From positions 1 through 57,070 of the IMG/VR virus record IMGVR_UViG_3300031949_000043: 57,070 nucleotides of DNA; one strand, written 5' to 3'. Within the stretch, counting starts at the first letter, position 1. Every line of letters begins with the position of its first letter. Both the position numbers and the translations under genes were made by a program. The notes beneath the pieces were generated by a model. It searched no databases and had not been told where the DNA came from. It worked only from the letters and a program-made list of their open reading frames with translations. This document shows positions 18,948 to 28,935 of this stretch, one piece after another. This DNA is from a virus (lineage: Duplodnaviria > Caudoviricetes).

Positions 18948-19139
18948 ATGGCACGTTCAATGCTTGAATATATCGATCTGTCGATCGGACTCCTGATCGA
19001 AACCCTCCAGCTTGCCAATGGCATCGCCCAGCGGGCTCGCCGGGAAAACCGCGATCCCACTCCCGAAGAGATCCGTCTGGTGGACGAGAAACTCGATCTT
19101 GCTCGCCTGAAAAGCGAGTCGCTCGATCCGCCGAATTAG
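18948..19139 (+). CDS. Small helical protein
   Basis: GAGG RBS; compact ORF within the membrane cassette. Confidence 0.6.
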   Translation: MARSMLEYIDLSIGLLIETLQLANGIAQRARRENRDPTPEEIRLVDEKLDLARLKSESLDPPN

Positions 19140-19154
19140 GCCGGGAGAGCAACC

Positions 19155-19382
19155 GTGTTCGATCTGACATCCATGAACGCCGAGAAGTTAGGGATCGTCG
19201 GGATTTTGTTCGTCGCGCTTCTTGGTGGAATGAGAAAATGGTGGGTTTGGGGATGGGCCTACGATCAGGTAGTTGCCGAGCGAGACGAATGGAAACACTT
19301 GGCGCTAAAGAGCTTCGAGTTGGCATCGAAGGTAACTGAAGCGGCAGAGAAAGTCGCGACAACATCGGAGACTAGGCTGTGA
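19155..19382 (+). CDS. Holin-like membrane protein
   Basis: GGGAGAG RBS; TM LGIVGILFVALLGG, WWVWGW, then coiled coil ERDEWK. Confidence 0.55.
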   Translation: MFDLTSMNAEKLGIVGILFVALLGGMRKWWVWGWAYDQVVAERDEWKHLALKSFELASKVTEAAEKVATTSETRL

Positions 19383-19579
19383 TTGTTTTGCTCAAGCGCA
19401 TCCTGGGCCTGAAGTATGCGGCGTGTGAGGAAATCGTGGATCATGCGCAGGCGCAAAAGGAATTGTCCGCACGGATCGAACTTTTGCGGATGAGGGTGGA
19501 GCAAAATGTTCGCTTTACTGCTAATTTGGACCATACTTTCGGTTCCGGGTCCGGCGCTAACTTTACTAACTCTGATTAG
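19379..19579 (+). CDS. Hypothetical protein
   Basis: GTGA overlap with the upstream stop; 3' end overlaps the next gene. Confidence 0.4.
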   Translation: MIVLLKRILGLKYAACEEIVDHAQAQKELSARIELLRMRVEQNVRFTANLDHTFGSGSGANFTNSD

Positions 19580-19895
19580 CGCCTACCGTGACCGACGAGC
19601 TTTGCGCCAATTCAACATAGACGGGCTGCGCGCGAGGATCGCCCAGCAGGCGATTCGCAGGACGTGGATCAATCTCTTGGTCCACTCCGTCAATGTCACG
19701 GGGGTCATGATATTGATCCCGCAGATGGCGGCCGTGGCAGCTTTGGGGGGATGGGTAGGATTTGCTGTAACCCGAAACAGCATTTTCGTACTCGCCAGCT
19801 TCTTTCTGGGAATCAATTCCCTGTGCGACATCATTTCACAGCACGGCAACATCGAGATCGCCCGCGAGCGCCTGTTGCACCGCAATGCGTCTTGA
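19506..19895 (+). CDS. Multi-pass membrane protein
   Basis: About three hydrophobic segments. Confidence 0.55.
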   Translation: MFALLLIWTILSVPGPALTLLTLISAYRDRRALRQFNIDGLRARIAQQAIRRTWINLLVHSVNVTGVMILIPQMAAVAALGGWVGFAVTRNSIFVLASFFLGINSLCDIISQHGNIEIARERLLHRNAS

Positions 19896-19901
19896 TCGGG
19901 C

Positions 19902-21581
19902 ATGGCGACGCGCAATTCCTGCCTGCTCGAAGCACTGGAACGGCGATGCCTCATGGCGACCGTGAACGTCGCCGACTTCGGGGCGCTACCGGGCGATGGC
20001 ATCGACGATCGCGCGTCGATTCAAAACGCCATCAATGCTTCGCTGGCTGGCGACACCGTGAGTTTCGGACCGGGCCAGTTCAATGTGAATGGGACGATCA
20101 ATCTGCGGTCGGATCGGCAGTACCTTGGCAATGGTACGACCCTGAAGGGGATAAGTACGGCCCATGTCGCATTTTTGAATCATGGAAGCAACGTCACGAT
20201 CAGCGGATTCGTCTTCGACGGCGCGGGCGTGAAACTAGAAGCTACATCGGGTGTCGCCTTTACCCAGAATACCATAGAGAACCTCGGGGGAGATGTTTGG
20301 TTGGGCAACGGCGTGTACGTCGCTGGCTCCATCGCCGGCTCGAATATCACGCGCAACACCTTCCGCAACATCGGGCACCGCGGGATCTATTTTTTCAGTC
20401 CCACCAATACCCGGTTCGAGGACAACCTGTTCGAGAACGTCTATCAGCCGATCTCCGGATCTAACTTCGCCCCAAGCCGCAACGTCAGCTTCAGCTACAA
20501 CACCCTGCGCGGGGCCAAGCGTCACGGCATCGAATTGCAGAACTACGCCGACTCGGACAACTGGCTGGTCGAGGGCAACCTGATCTCGGACTGGGCGGAT
20601 GGCAGGCCGGGCTGGTCGAGCCACATGGCCATCTCGTTTGCCATGGGAAATTCCGTTATCAACCCCGACGGAACACGCCGCAACGTGCGCAGTAATGGAC
20701 ACATTATTCGCAACAATGTTCTGCTCGCCGACGGCGCTATCCCCACCATGATCGCGCAGGGCGTCCCGAAGTATTACTTCACCGCCATCGAAGCGATGGG
20801 CAACGGCTTTGTCATCGACAACAACCATGCCGAGGGCTGGGGATGGTATCAGCTCGTCGGCGTGGCCGACGCCAACTGGATCACGCGGAACAACACTTGG
20901 CTGGGCACGGCCACAATGCCTGTCATCCCCGGCATCGGCTCTGCGGCGGGGCAGGAGATCGTGCCGGAGGACCGGTGGACGGGCGGTCCGGCACAGAACG
21001 CCGGCAACTTCTACGGGCGCATCGGGGACCGCGCGCGTCCGGTCGCCGGCGTACGCGACGAAACTCCGAACCCGGGATCTCCGCTTGTTCCATCTCTGTC
21101 CGCCAGTGGGGGCATCAATGTAACCCTGACGATCGGGAACACCAATGCCAGCGGCACCACGTTGATTGAGCGACGGGCCGGCGTCGGCGGCTGGCAGGTG
21201 GTCGCTCTGCTTTCGTTCGATACCGTGACCTATACGGACCGGGCGTTCGCATTCGACCAGCGATGGAACACATGGGAGTTCTGGTATCGGGCAACCGCCG
21301 TGGTCGACACACAGACGAGCGCCACTACATCCGAGGCCCACGCCCAACTATCCCGACCGCGATTGGGAGATGCGAACTTCGACGGATTGGTCAATCAGGC
21401 CGATTTTGCGATTCTGTCGAGTAACTTCGGGGCAACCGGGGCCGTATGGGAACAGGGCGATTTCACGCTCAACGGCACGGTCGATTTGGATGACTTCAAT
21501 GTGCTGGCGAGCAATTTCGACGCCCCGCCGACGCCATCGGCTGGAACCAATGGCGGAAGGCGTCTGGGAAAATTCAAGTGA
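19902..21581 (+). CDS. Planctomycete-type secreted beta-helix (pectate-lyase fold) protein with Fn3-like and dockerin-like C-terminal domains
   Basis: N-term LLEALERRCLMA motif; VNVADFGALPGDGIDDRASIQNAI; N-rich parallel beta-helix repeats; GDANFDGLVNQADFAILSSNFG...GDFTLNGTVDLDDFNVLASNF. Confidence 0.8.
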   Translation: MATRNSCLLEALERRCLMATVNVADFGALPGDGIDDRASIQNAINASLAGDTVSFGPGQFNVNGTINLRSDRQYLGNGTTLKGISTAHVAFLNHGSNVTISGFVFDGAGVKLEATSGVAFTQNTIENLGGDVWLGNGVYVAGSIAGSNITRNTFRNIGHRGIYFFSPTNTRFEDNLFENVYQPISGSNFAPSRNVSFSYNTLRGAKRHGIELQNYADSDNWLVEGNLISDWADGRPGWSSHMAISFAMGNSVINPDGTRRNVRSNGHIIRNNVLLADGAIPTMIAQGVPKYYFTAIEAMGNGFVIDNNHAEGWGWYQLVGVADANWITRNNTWLGTATMPVIPGIGSAAGQEIVPEDRWTGGPAQNAGNFYGRIGDRARPVAGVRDETPNPGSPLVPSLSASGGINVTLTIGNTNASGTTLIERRAGVGGWQVVALLSFDTVTYTDRAFAFDQRWNTWEFWYRATAVVDTQTSATTSEAHAQLSRPRLGDANFDGLVNQADFAILSSNFGATGAVWEQGDFTLNGTVDLDDFNVLASNFDAPPTPSAGTNGGRRLGKFK

Positions 21582-21621
21582 CATTTGAGAAGATGTCCGC
21601 GATTCACGTCTTTTCCTGTCG

Positions 21622-24090
21622 ATGCCCCAGATCCTGACCCCCAACCGATTCTTCAACGTCAAGGATCGATTCGGTGCCCGCGGCAACGATTCGTCCGACG
21701 ATACAGCGAGAATCCAATTGGCGTTCGACGAGCACGCCAGCGCCACGGGTACTCCGGTGCTAACCGAGGCATGGGCCAGTGGCGTCTATTTCCCGCTCCC
21801 ATCAGCCCGATACCTGATCACTAGCCCCATCACGATCAAGGCTGGACAGCGCGCTTGGGCAGAAACCATCGGCACGATAATTAACTACGCGGGCTCGGAC
21901 GCCGAGGCGGGGGCGTTCCGCATCGTCGGCGACACCAACGGGTATTCCAACGATGTCATTTTCGACCACCTGTCCATCTACACCAACGCGGGCAGCGGCA
22001 TCTACTGCGGCGCGGATTACGATTTCGCCAAAGTCATCCGCGACAACGCGGGAACTTGGACGGATCAAACCACCCCCGCGGCGCAAGTGTACGATGCGAC
22101 GTTCGCATGCTTCGCGGGAGCGAACGACTGGCTGTACGTCGGCTCGGCGACGACGTTCGCGACATTCGTCGCCATCTTCTCCACGTTGTGCGTCAACGCC
22201 GTCTTCGAGGCGGATTACTGGAACGGGACTACCTGGACCGATCTCACCCTGACCCTCCAGTCCACGCTGGGCGGGCGCGACATTCAGCTCTACTGGAACA
22301 TCCCCGGCGACTGGGCGCAGACCAACGCCGAGGCGTTCTCGTCCGGCAATTTCGATCCACCCGATTCGACCAACCGCTACTACGTGCGCATCCGCTACAC
22401 CACCGCCGGCGCGGATGCGACCCAGCAGTGCTACGTCGCGGGTTGGGGATCGACGCAGCCCCTGGGGTTGAAGGTGCGCGACTGCCTGTTCAGCACCGCC
22501 AAGACCAGCATGCAACTCATGAAGGCGTACATCCAAGACGCCGAGATCCTCGGCAACCAATGGCGCTCGGGCGGTGCGGACCTGGTTTTCGGGCGCGGCA
22601 ACCACGCGACCATCAATTACAACCGGGGCGAGACCGGCTTCCGCAGCGGCGGTGCCGAGCACGCGGCGTTCATCCGCTGGCTCGGCGGAGACGTTCACTG
22701 CCGCTACAACCACGTCGAGCACGGCGGACCGGCCACGCCCTATCACCTGGGCGGCATGCGCGGCAGCATCTTCGGCGAATGGTCGGAGATGACCAGTTAC
22801 ACGAACGACACGGCGGCCATCCTCGATCTGGCCGACTATAAGCAGTTGGAATTCGCCCCCAGCGCCTCGAACGTCAAACTATATGTCAACTTCTCCAAAG
22901 GTGTGCGCGTGAGCACGCTGGCCGCTGATGGTGATGCCCGGGCCACCGAGTTCGGCGTCGTCCTGCGCAGCATTTCCGAGGATCCCAACACATCGCTCTA
23001 CGCCGACTTCGCGGCCGTGAAATATCAGGGCGAGGTACACGACCCGCGCATCACGATCCGCCGCTCCTACAGCACGGTCAACCAGTGGCATGTGAATGAG
23101 ATCATGAGCCCGCGCACGGGGAACCTGATCCGCAACGGCGACTTCGTGGATGGGCTGGGTGACTCGGCGGGATCGACCAACATCACCATCACCATCGAAT
23201 CAGGGGCGACGATCACGGCGACGGTCGAGGACTCCCCTAGGGGCGGCAAGCGTCTCAAGCTGGCCATGACCGCCAATACTCTGGGCACCGGCAAGGTCGC
23301 GACCGTGAGGATGAGCGTCGGGACGCTCGCGTCGTTTTACAGCGATAAGCCGGGTTGGTTCAGCTTCCGCGCCACCACGAGCATCGCTTACGATCTCCCC
23401 ACCGGCAGGCCGGTCGTTTTGGTGGGGAATCCCGATGGTGGCGTGGATTATTGCCGCTCGGGCGGCGGCGGCGTGACCCGCGCACCGCTGACCTTGGCCT
23501 CGGGGGACAATCTCGATCTACGCTGGTACGGCACGAGCACGGTCCCGCAGGATCTCTACATCGAAGATGTCTGCTACGTCATCGGCCGCGAGGACGATGG
23601 CATGCCCAACGTCTTCACCGACATCCGCAATCCCGCCGGGATCACGCTGGTCCAGAGCATCGTCGTCCTCGGCGGGGATGTGACGAACGACAACGGCACG
23701 CCCGACACGATCGCGGACGTGACGGGACTATCCTTCCCCGTTAGTTCGGGATTGACCTACGAGTTCCGCTTCGTCATACCATTCACCTCGGCGGCCGACA
23801 CCACGGGCTCGCGATGGAGCGTCAACGGGCCGGCCTCACCAACCCTGTTGAATTACGTCAGCAAATACACGCTTACGACGGGAAGTTTCACGGAACGCAG
23901 CGAATCAGCCTACGACCAGCCCTCTGCCGCCAATGCGACATCAGTTGCAGCCGGCAGCGTGGCCATCATCGAGGGCACAATCAAACCATCGGCCAACGGC
24001 ACGGTGATCGCCCGTTTCGCGTCCGAAGTAGGCAGCAGCGCCGTTGTGGCCAAGGCCGGTGCGTTCGTCCGCTGGGGAAGGGTCGCCTGA
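21622..24090 (+). CDS. Tailspike/fibre-like beta-helix protein with inserted carbohydrate-binding-like domains
   Basis: FNVKDRFGARGNDSSDDTARIQLAFD and GVYFPLP..RYLITSPI (Pectate_lyase_3-type start); NLIRNGDF CBM-like motif; C-terminal DVTGLSFPV..GLTYEFRF trimerisation-type domain. Confidence 0.7.
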   Translation: MPQILTPNRFFNVKDRFGARGNDSSDDTARIQLAFDEHASATGTPVLTEAWASGVYFPLPSARYLITSPITIKAGQRAWAETIGTIINYAGSDAEAGAFRIVGDTNGYSNDVIFDHLSIYTNAGSGIYCGADYDFAKVIRDNAGTWTDQTTPAAQVYDATFACFAGANDWLYVGSATTFATFVAIFSTLCVNAVFEADYWNGTTWTDLTLTLQSTLGGRDIQLYWNIPGDWAQTNAEAFSSGNFDPPDSTNRYYVRIRYTTAGADATQQCYVAGWGSTQPLGLKVRDCLFSTAKTSMQLMKAYIQDAEILGNQWRSGGADLVFGRGNHATINYNRGETGFRSGGAEHAAFIRWLGGDVHCRYNHVEHGGPATPYHLGGMRGSIFGEWSEMTSYTNDTAAILDLADYKQLEFAPSASNVKLYVNFSKGVRVSTLAADGDARATEFGVVLRSISEDPNTSLYADFAAVKYQGEVHDPRITIRRSYSTVNQWHVNEIMSPRTGNLIRNGDFVDGLGDSAGSTNITITIESGATITATVEDSPRGGKRLKLAMTANTLGTGKVATVRMSVGTLASFYSDKPGWFSFRATTSIAYDLPTGRPVVLVGNPDGGVDYCRSGGGGVTRAPLTLASGDNLDLRWYGTSTVPQDLYIEDVCYVIGREDDGMPNVFTDIRNPAGITLVQSIVVLGGDVTNDNGTPDTIADVTGLSFPVSSGLTYEFRFVIPFTSAADTTGSRWSVNGPASPTLLNYVSKYTLTTGSFTERSESAYDQPSAANATSVAAGSVAIIEGTIKPSANGTVIARFASEVGSSAVVAKAGAFVRWGRVA

Positions 24091-24091
24091 T

Positions 24092-24688
24092 ATGCCGATC
24101 GACTTCCAAATCACCTATCCCGAGGCGGCGATCACCGATATGTTCCTGATCGCCAGAAAATTCGGCACCACATCGATCGTCAAAGCGTCCGATGGATCCC
24201 TGCTCAGCAATGCGACCGCCAATTATCCGAATGCGGCGCTGACCGGGAATGACGATGATGCGACTTATTGCTACCGATTCGCGCTCCCGGATGGTGTTGG
24301 CGACGGAGAATACGAGACCACGGTTTATGTTGGTGCCACCGACCTATCGCTCACGTCGATCATCGCCATCGGACCGACGGTCACCATGGTTAATGGCGTT
24401 GGATATTTAGGCGGACCGGCAAAATTAGTCCGGGCCGTCCGGCATATCGCCGAGGGCGTGGTCACCACCGGAGCGTCCACGATCAGCGTTCCGACCAGCA
24501 GCATTGTCCCGACGGCCACGGTCACCGACCAGTTCAAGGGGCGCATCCTGATCTTCGCCGAGGACACGACGACGGCGGCGCTCCGAGGTCAGGGTACGGA
24601 CATAACGTCTTCATCTACCGGCGGAACATTGACGGTGACGGCGCTGACCACGACGCCCGCCAGCGGAGACAGGTTCACGATCCAATAA
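24092..24688 (+). CDS. Putative virion structural protein (Thr-rich beta C-terminal domain)
   Basis: DQFKGRILIF...LRGQ.TDIT...TALTTTPASGDRFTI; in the structural block. Confidence 0.55.
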   Translation: MPIDFQITYPEAAITDMFLIARKFGTTSIVKASDGSLLSNATANYPNAALTGNDDDATYCYRFALPDGVGDGEYETTVYVGATDLSLTSIIAIGPTVTMVNGVGYLGGPAKLVRAVRHIAEGVVTTGASTISVPTSSIVPTATVTDQFKGRILIFAEDTTTAALRGQGTDITSSSTGGTLTVTALTTTPASGDRFTIQ

Positions 24689-24700
24689 ACGGAGCGACCC

Positions 24701-25108
24701 ATGGCATTTAGACTCGCAACAGACACCAGGGACAAGGCGTGTGACGCTATCGTCGATGATATCGATGCGGGAACGGGCGCGGGAACCATCGCAATCCGTA
24801 CCGGGGCGCAGCCGACCAACGTGGGTGACGCAGATATCGGTACGCTGCTTGGCACACTGACCTTCACTGACCCGGCATTTGGTGCCTCGGCAACGGGAAC
24901 GGCCACGGCCAGTGCAATTACGAGCGACACCAATGCGGATGCTTCGGGGACCGCCGGCCATTTCCGCATCAAGGATTCCGATGCGAACATTCACTCCGAT
25001 GGAACCTGTGGGCAGGGCACTGGTGATCTCTCCTTTGACAACGCGGTGATTGTTGCGGGGGGAACCATAGCGATCTCATCCATGACGATCAGTCAACCCA
25101 TAAGCTGA
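24701..25108 (+). CDS. Small beta-rich virion/fibre subunit
   Basis: Strong RBS; Gly/Ala/Thr/Asp-rich; IAIRTGAQP...LLGTL...GTAGHFRI.D...DG..G...DL..DN..IVAGGTI.ISS.TI pattern typical of phage fibre subunits. Confidence 0.6.
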   Translation: MAFRLATDTRDKACDAIVDDIDAGTGAGTIAIRTGAQPTNVGDADIGTLLGTLTFTDPAFGASATGTATASAITSDTNADASGTAGHFRIKDSDANIHSDGTCGQGTGDLSFDNAVIVAGGTIAISSMTISQPIS

Positions 25109-25626
25109 TGGTTGTTGGCAGCGCATATTGCGGTTCTCCAATACTTCTCTCTTGCAACAGATGCAAGGTCGCGAAGCCGATAGGCGCTTTCCGCAAACGT
25201 CCCAATCGATCCGAACGCGGAAAGAGAAGGGGAAGGTGCTCTTTCTGTATATCATGCGAGAAAGCGTATTATGAAACGCCGCGGATGCGATCTTTTAAGA
25301 ACGCTCGCACCGCCGAGTTCAGGAGTCGGCTGAGGGAGACCAATTACGAAGAATTTAGAAGGAGGGAGAGAGAGGGAAATCTTCGTCGGCTCTATGGCAT
25401 CGGAATCTGCCAATACGAGGAGATGCTCGCGGCGCAAAATGGAGTTTGTGCGATCTGCGGCGGCGATCCCGGCGGTCGATGGAAGCGGCGATTTCATGTC
25501 GATCACGATCACGAGACGGGCGCTGTTCGTGGCCTGCTGTGCCACGGTTGCAATGCCGGTCTCGGGCTATTCGAGGAATGCGCGGAGCGTCTTGTCAAAG
25601 CAGCGGAATACCTGAAACAAAACTAG
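25108..25626 (+). CDS. Endonuclease VII-like (HNH) free-standing homing endonuclease
   Basis: N-term CNRC...CISC; RLYGI...YEEMLAAQNGVCAICG...FHVDHDHETGAVRGLLCHGCNAGLG. Confidence 0.9.
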   Translation: MVVGSAYCGSPILLSCNRCKVAKPIGAFRKRPNRSERGKRRGRCSFCISCEKAYYETPRMRSFKNARTAEFRSRLRETNYEEFRRREREGNLRRLYGIGICQYEEMLAAQNGVCAICGGDPGGRWKRRFHVDHDHETGAVRGLLCHGCNAGLGLFEECAERLVKAAEYLKQN

Positions 25627-25636
25627 GAGTCTGATC

Positions 25637-26041
25637 ATGGCACGAACAGATCGAGCGGGCGGAAGTTTCGCACCGCCATTGACCGACGAGAAGTTGGCTG
25701 CGTTCAAGGCGCTTGCGGCGTCCGCGCCGGGTCCGGTGAGAGATGCGATGACCACCTTGCAGGCGTGCGTGGAGAAGTGGTGGGAACTCCCCGATAGCGG
25801 CCCCGATGGTTCGCGTCCGCACCCCAGCGGTCGCGGGACGATCGTTCCATTGGACGGTCCGATCGCCAGCGCGCTGGACGAGCACATCCCATGGGAGCAC
25901 GAGTTGGCGGCCTACTCGAATTTGTTTAGCGCGATCGATCCGGTTACGCAGCGCGATCTCCGCAATGCCGCGTTCCACCTGCTCTGGCATGTCAAGGAAC
26001 TGAACTTCGGTCGCGAGCCGCTGACGGCGGACAAACTGTAG
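25637..26041 (+). CDS. Hypothetical protein
   Basis: AGGAG RBS, 134 aa. Confidence 0.65.
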   Translation: MARTDRAGGSFAPPLTDEKLAAFKALAASAPGPVRDAMTTLQACVEKWWELPDSGPDGSRPHPSGRGTIVPLDGPIASALDEHIPWEHELAAYSNLFSAIDPVTQRDLRNAAFHLLWHVKELNFGREPLTADKL

Positions 26042-26060
26042 GCTGATATGCGGAGTTGGT

Positions 26061-27587
26061 ATGGCGAGGAAAAGGTTCGTCCATCTACCGCGCCGCCTGA
26101 TCTTCACCGCCGTCGCATCTCTGACGGTCGGTGCGGCGTCCATATCTGCATCCGCCACCGTTTCTAATCCAGAAGCTACCGCGGCGCTGACCGTCGGCGC
26201 TGCAACGGTATCCGCTTCGGCGACCTATACGGGATCGGACTCGATGGAGTTCAACGGCTGGGTCGTCCCGGCATCGAACGGATTGGTCGATGTCTCGGTA
26301 TACATCGCCACGGCCACGAAGGTCGTCTACGTGGATTCGTCGAAGGCCGACGACAGCGGCGATGGGCTTTCCGAGGCGAACGCCAAGAAAACCATCGCGG
26401 CGGGCGCGGCCTTGATCGTCGATGGACAGCATCACATTCTCCTACTCAAGCGCGGTGGGACATGGACGGAGAGCATTCCATCTGGCAAAGGCGGGCTGTC
26501 AGCTACCGAGCCGTTGATCTACGCGGCCTACGGCACTGGGGCGAGGCCGCTGCTCAAGACCGGCTCATCTACTGGGATGCAATCCATTTCCGGCACACAG
26601 GCGCACGTAATTATTCAGGGCATCGAGTTCTACGCCCATACGCGAGATCCAAACTCTCCTGATTTCGTGGGCTCGGCTGGTGGAACGGGGATTCGCTGGC
26701 TGGCAAATTTCGAGAACTTGATGATCGAAGATTGTGTCATTCGTTTCTACATAGTCAACCTGGACATCAATAATGGGGGCACCGGGATTGTCAATCTTGT
26801 GGTTCGGCGCTGTGTGTCCCTCGATTCGTACTCGACAGACAGCCATTCCCAGGGCATGTTTATGAAGGGTGTGACCGGGGCGACGATTGAAGACAATTTT
26901 TTGGATCACAATGGCTGGAACGAGCAAGTCGCGGGTGCCGAGGCAACGGTGTTTAACCATAATTTTTATCTTTCGTCCGGCAACTTCAATGTGATTGTTC
27001 GACGAAACATCGGCGCTCGCGCTTCGAGTCATGGAATGCAACTTCGCAGTGGCGGTCTTTCCAATGACAACCTGTTCGTAAACAACTCGCTTGCGGCCAC
27101 ATTGGGCAATAGTGCGGACTTGGGCGTGATTGCGCGGAACGATGTCATTCTGGAGGGGAAGAACATCACGACCGAGCTGCCTCGCGGGTTCGGGTATGGG
27201 TTCTATGAAGACGTGGAATCGCACACGCAAACCTCCGTGCTCATGGAGGATTGCATCTTTGCGCATCGGGCCGAAGGAACTATGCACGCCATCAATCTCG
27301 ATGTGGCGATCGCCGAAGTTCTGAACCGGAACATCGTTTATGACTGGAGCACAACCAACCCCGCTGGCACTGGCACGGGGAACGCGATCCTGACGGACAA
27401 CGAATTTGCCCTTCCCGCCGGAACTTACGTCGATCCCACTCGCTCGATGGGCAGTTATAATGGCACGCTGGGCGGAACGGCGACATTGGCCGCGTTCCTC
27501 GCTGACTGCCGGACGAATTTTCCCAATAACGGTTACGACGCGATCAGTGCGAACGCTTACATCCGCGCGGGGTTCGCGCACGCATGA
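26061..27587 (+). CDS. Beta-helix protein with two N-terminal copies of the 24-aa fibre repeat
   Basis: VYVDSS..DDSGDGLSEANAKKTI, LLLKRGGTW, YAAYGTGARP, HSQG, HNFY beta-helix motifs; ALTVGAATVSASAT repeats at the N-term. Confidence 0.7.
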   Translation: MARKRFVHLPRRLIFTAVASLTVGAASISASATVSNPEATAALTVGAATVSASATYTGSDSMEFNGWVVPASNGLVDVSVYIATATKVVYVDSSKADDSGDGLSEANAKKTIAAGAALIVDGQHHILLLKRGGTWTESIPSGKGGLSATEPLIYAAYGTGARPLLKTGSSTGMQSISGTQAHVIIQGIEFYAHTRDPNSPDFVGSAGGTGIRWLANFENLMIEDCVIRFYIVNLDINNGGTGIVNLVVRRCVSLDSYSTDSHSQGMFMKGVTGATIEDNFLDHNGWNEQVAGAEATVFNHNFYLSSGNFNVIVRRNIGARASSHGMQLRSGGLSNDNLFVNNSLAATLGNSADLGVIARNDVILEGKNITTELPRGFGYGFYEDVESHTQTSVLMEDCIFAHRAEGTMHAINLDVAIAEVLNRNIVYDWSTTNPAGTGTGNAILTDNEFALPAGTYVDPTRSMGSYNGTLGGTATLAAFLADCRTNFPNNGYDAISANAYIRAGFAHA

Positions 27588-27597
27588 GGAGTGACGA

Positions 27598-27837
27598 ATG
27601 GCAACCATCGACGTGATCGGCCTGTGTGCTGGCGGCGGGCACATCATCATGGACGTGACTACGGTGAACGGCACGAAGCGCGTCACGGCTGAAATGAATG
27701 AGCTTCGCGCGGCGATCAAGAGCGAAACGAAGGAGTCGATCATCATGGCCCAACTCGCCGGGCTCGTTCGGGCCAACCCCGGTGCAACACAGGTTCAACT
27801 CCGCAACATCGTCGAGGCGTATACGTTTCTGGAGTGA
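27598..27837 (+). CDS. Hypothetical protein
   Basis: GAGGAG RBS; 79 aa. Confidence 0.65.
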   Translation: MATIDVIGLCAGGGHIIMDVTTVNGTKRVTAEMNELRAAIKSETKESIIMAQLAGLVRANPGATQVQLRNIVEAYTFLE

Positions 27838-27841
27838 ATGA

Positions 27842-28882
27842 ATGGCGACCGCTTTAGGATGTCCGGTTACGCTGGCGCTGACCCGCGTTGCGACGAAGGT
27901 CATCGATGCCAGCGATGAAGGCGCGAACAATATCTTTGTCGCGCCTAAAACCGGGAACATCAGCAAAATCTGGACGTGGTTTATCGATGTTCTGTCGCCG
28001 CCGACCTATCGGATCGGCCTCGAAGGCGCTACGAGCCCACGCTCACCGGATGGCACGTACAAGGCCAGTGGAAACGCCTACGTCGATTTGGTTCCGACCA
28101 CGACCGCAGGATGGAACACGCTGGGTACGGCGGCGAGCGTGACCGCCGGGGACGCTTTGGCCCGGACGGTTCGCTACCAATCAGGAACCATCGGCGCGTC
28201 CAACTATGCTACAATTATTCACGCGGGAACCGGTCCCTTCGGCACGTTCGGAGGCACTCCGATTCCCGGAACGATGACCGGCGGTGTCTGGAGTTTCAGC
28301 GACCAACAAGCGACGTGTCTGGCGATTCAGTATGATGATGGGACAGTGTACGGGTTCGCTCTCTCTGCGATCGCTGATGTAAGTTGGTCATCAAGCAGCA
28401 ATCCACGCTATCGCGGCACGCTCTATACGCCGCCGATGAACGTTACAATTAACGGCATCGAGGCGGCGATCGAGATTGTCAACGACAGCGCGAACTTCAA
28501 TCTGGAAATCTACACGGGAACTTCGGGAACGCCGATTCTCACGCGCTCCATCGACGCGGATGTGGTTTACAGCACCTCCAGTCCCGGAATCGCGCGGCTG
28601 TATTTCCCCAACATCGCGCTTACCAGCGGGACGAAATACTACTTCGTCATCAACCCGACGACGACGAACAGCGTTCTTTCCGTGCTGAAAACGTTCGCCG
28701 ACGCCGATGCGATGGCGGCGATCAACGCGCAAAATTGCAAGTCGGCGACGACCAATTCACTCACCGAGCCGGTGAGCTGGACGGAGACGGCGAACCAGTT
28801 TTACGGGATTTTCCCAGTCATCAGCGGGGTGGAAGCGGGGGCGGGGTCGGTGACGGTCATCAATCGCCGCACGGTCAGGTAG
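27842..28882 (+). CDS. Putative virion protein with two jelly-roll-like domains
   Basis: Beta-rich, Thr/Ser-rich, ALTSGTKYYFVI motif; basic C-terminal tail INRRTVR. Confidence 0.55.
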   Translation: MATALGCPVTLALTRVATKVIDASDEGANNIFVAPKTGNISKIWTWFIDVLSPPTYRIGLEGATSPRSPDGTYKASGNAYVDLVPTTTAGWNTLGTAASVTAGDALARTVRYQSGTIGASNYATIIHAGTGPFGTFGGTPIPGTMTGGVWSFSDQQATCLAIQYDDGTVYGFALSAIADVSWSSSSNPRYRGTLYTPPMNVTINGIEAAIEIVNDSANFNLEIYTGTSGTPILTRSIDADVVYSTSSPGIARLYFPNIALTSGTKYYFVINPTTTNSVLSVLKTFADADAMAAINAQNCKSATTNSLTEPVSWTETANQFYGIFPVISGVEAGAGSVTVINRRTVR

Positions 28883-28935
28883 GCGGCTGCGTCTTGTTCG
28901 CATAGGGCATCCGCCCGGTCAACAGGAGCAGCCGA

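Noticed and set aside
20235-27776. Long minus-strand ORFs (20235..21347, 21802..22746, 26565..27776)
   Set aside because: Antisense shadows of GC3-rich plus-strand genes; no motifs or RBS. The same applies to 47788..48750, 43974..44843 and 41009..41860.
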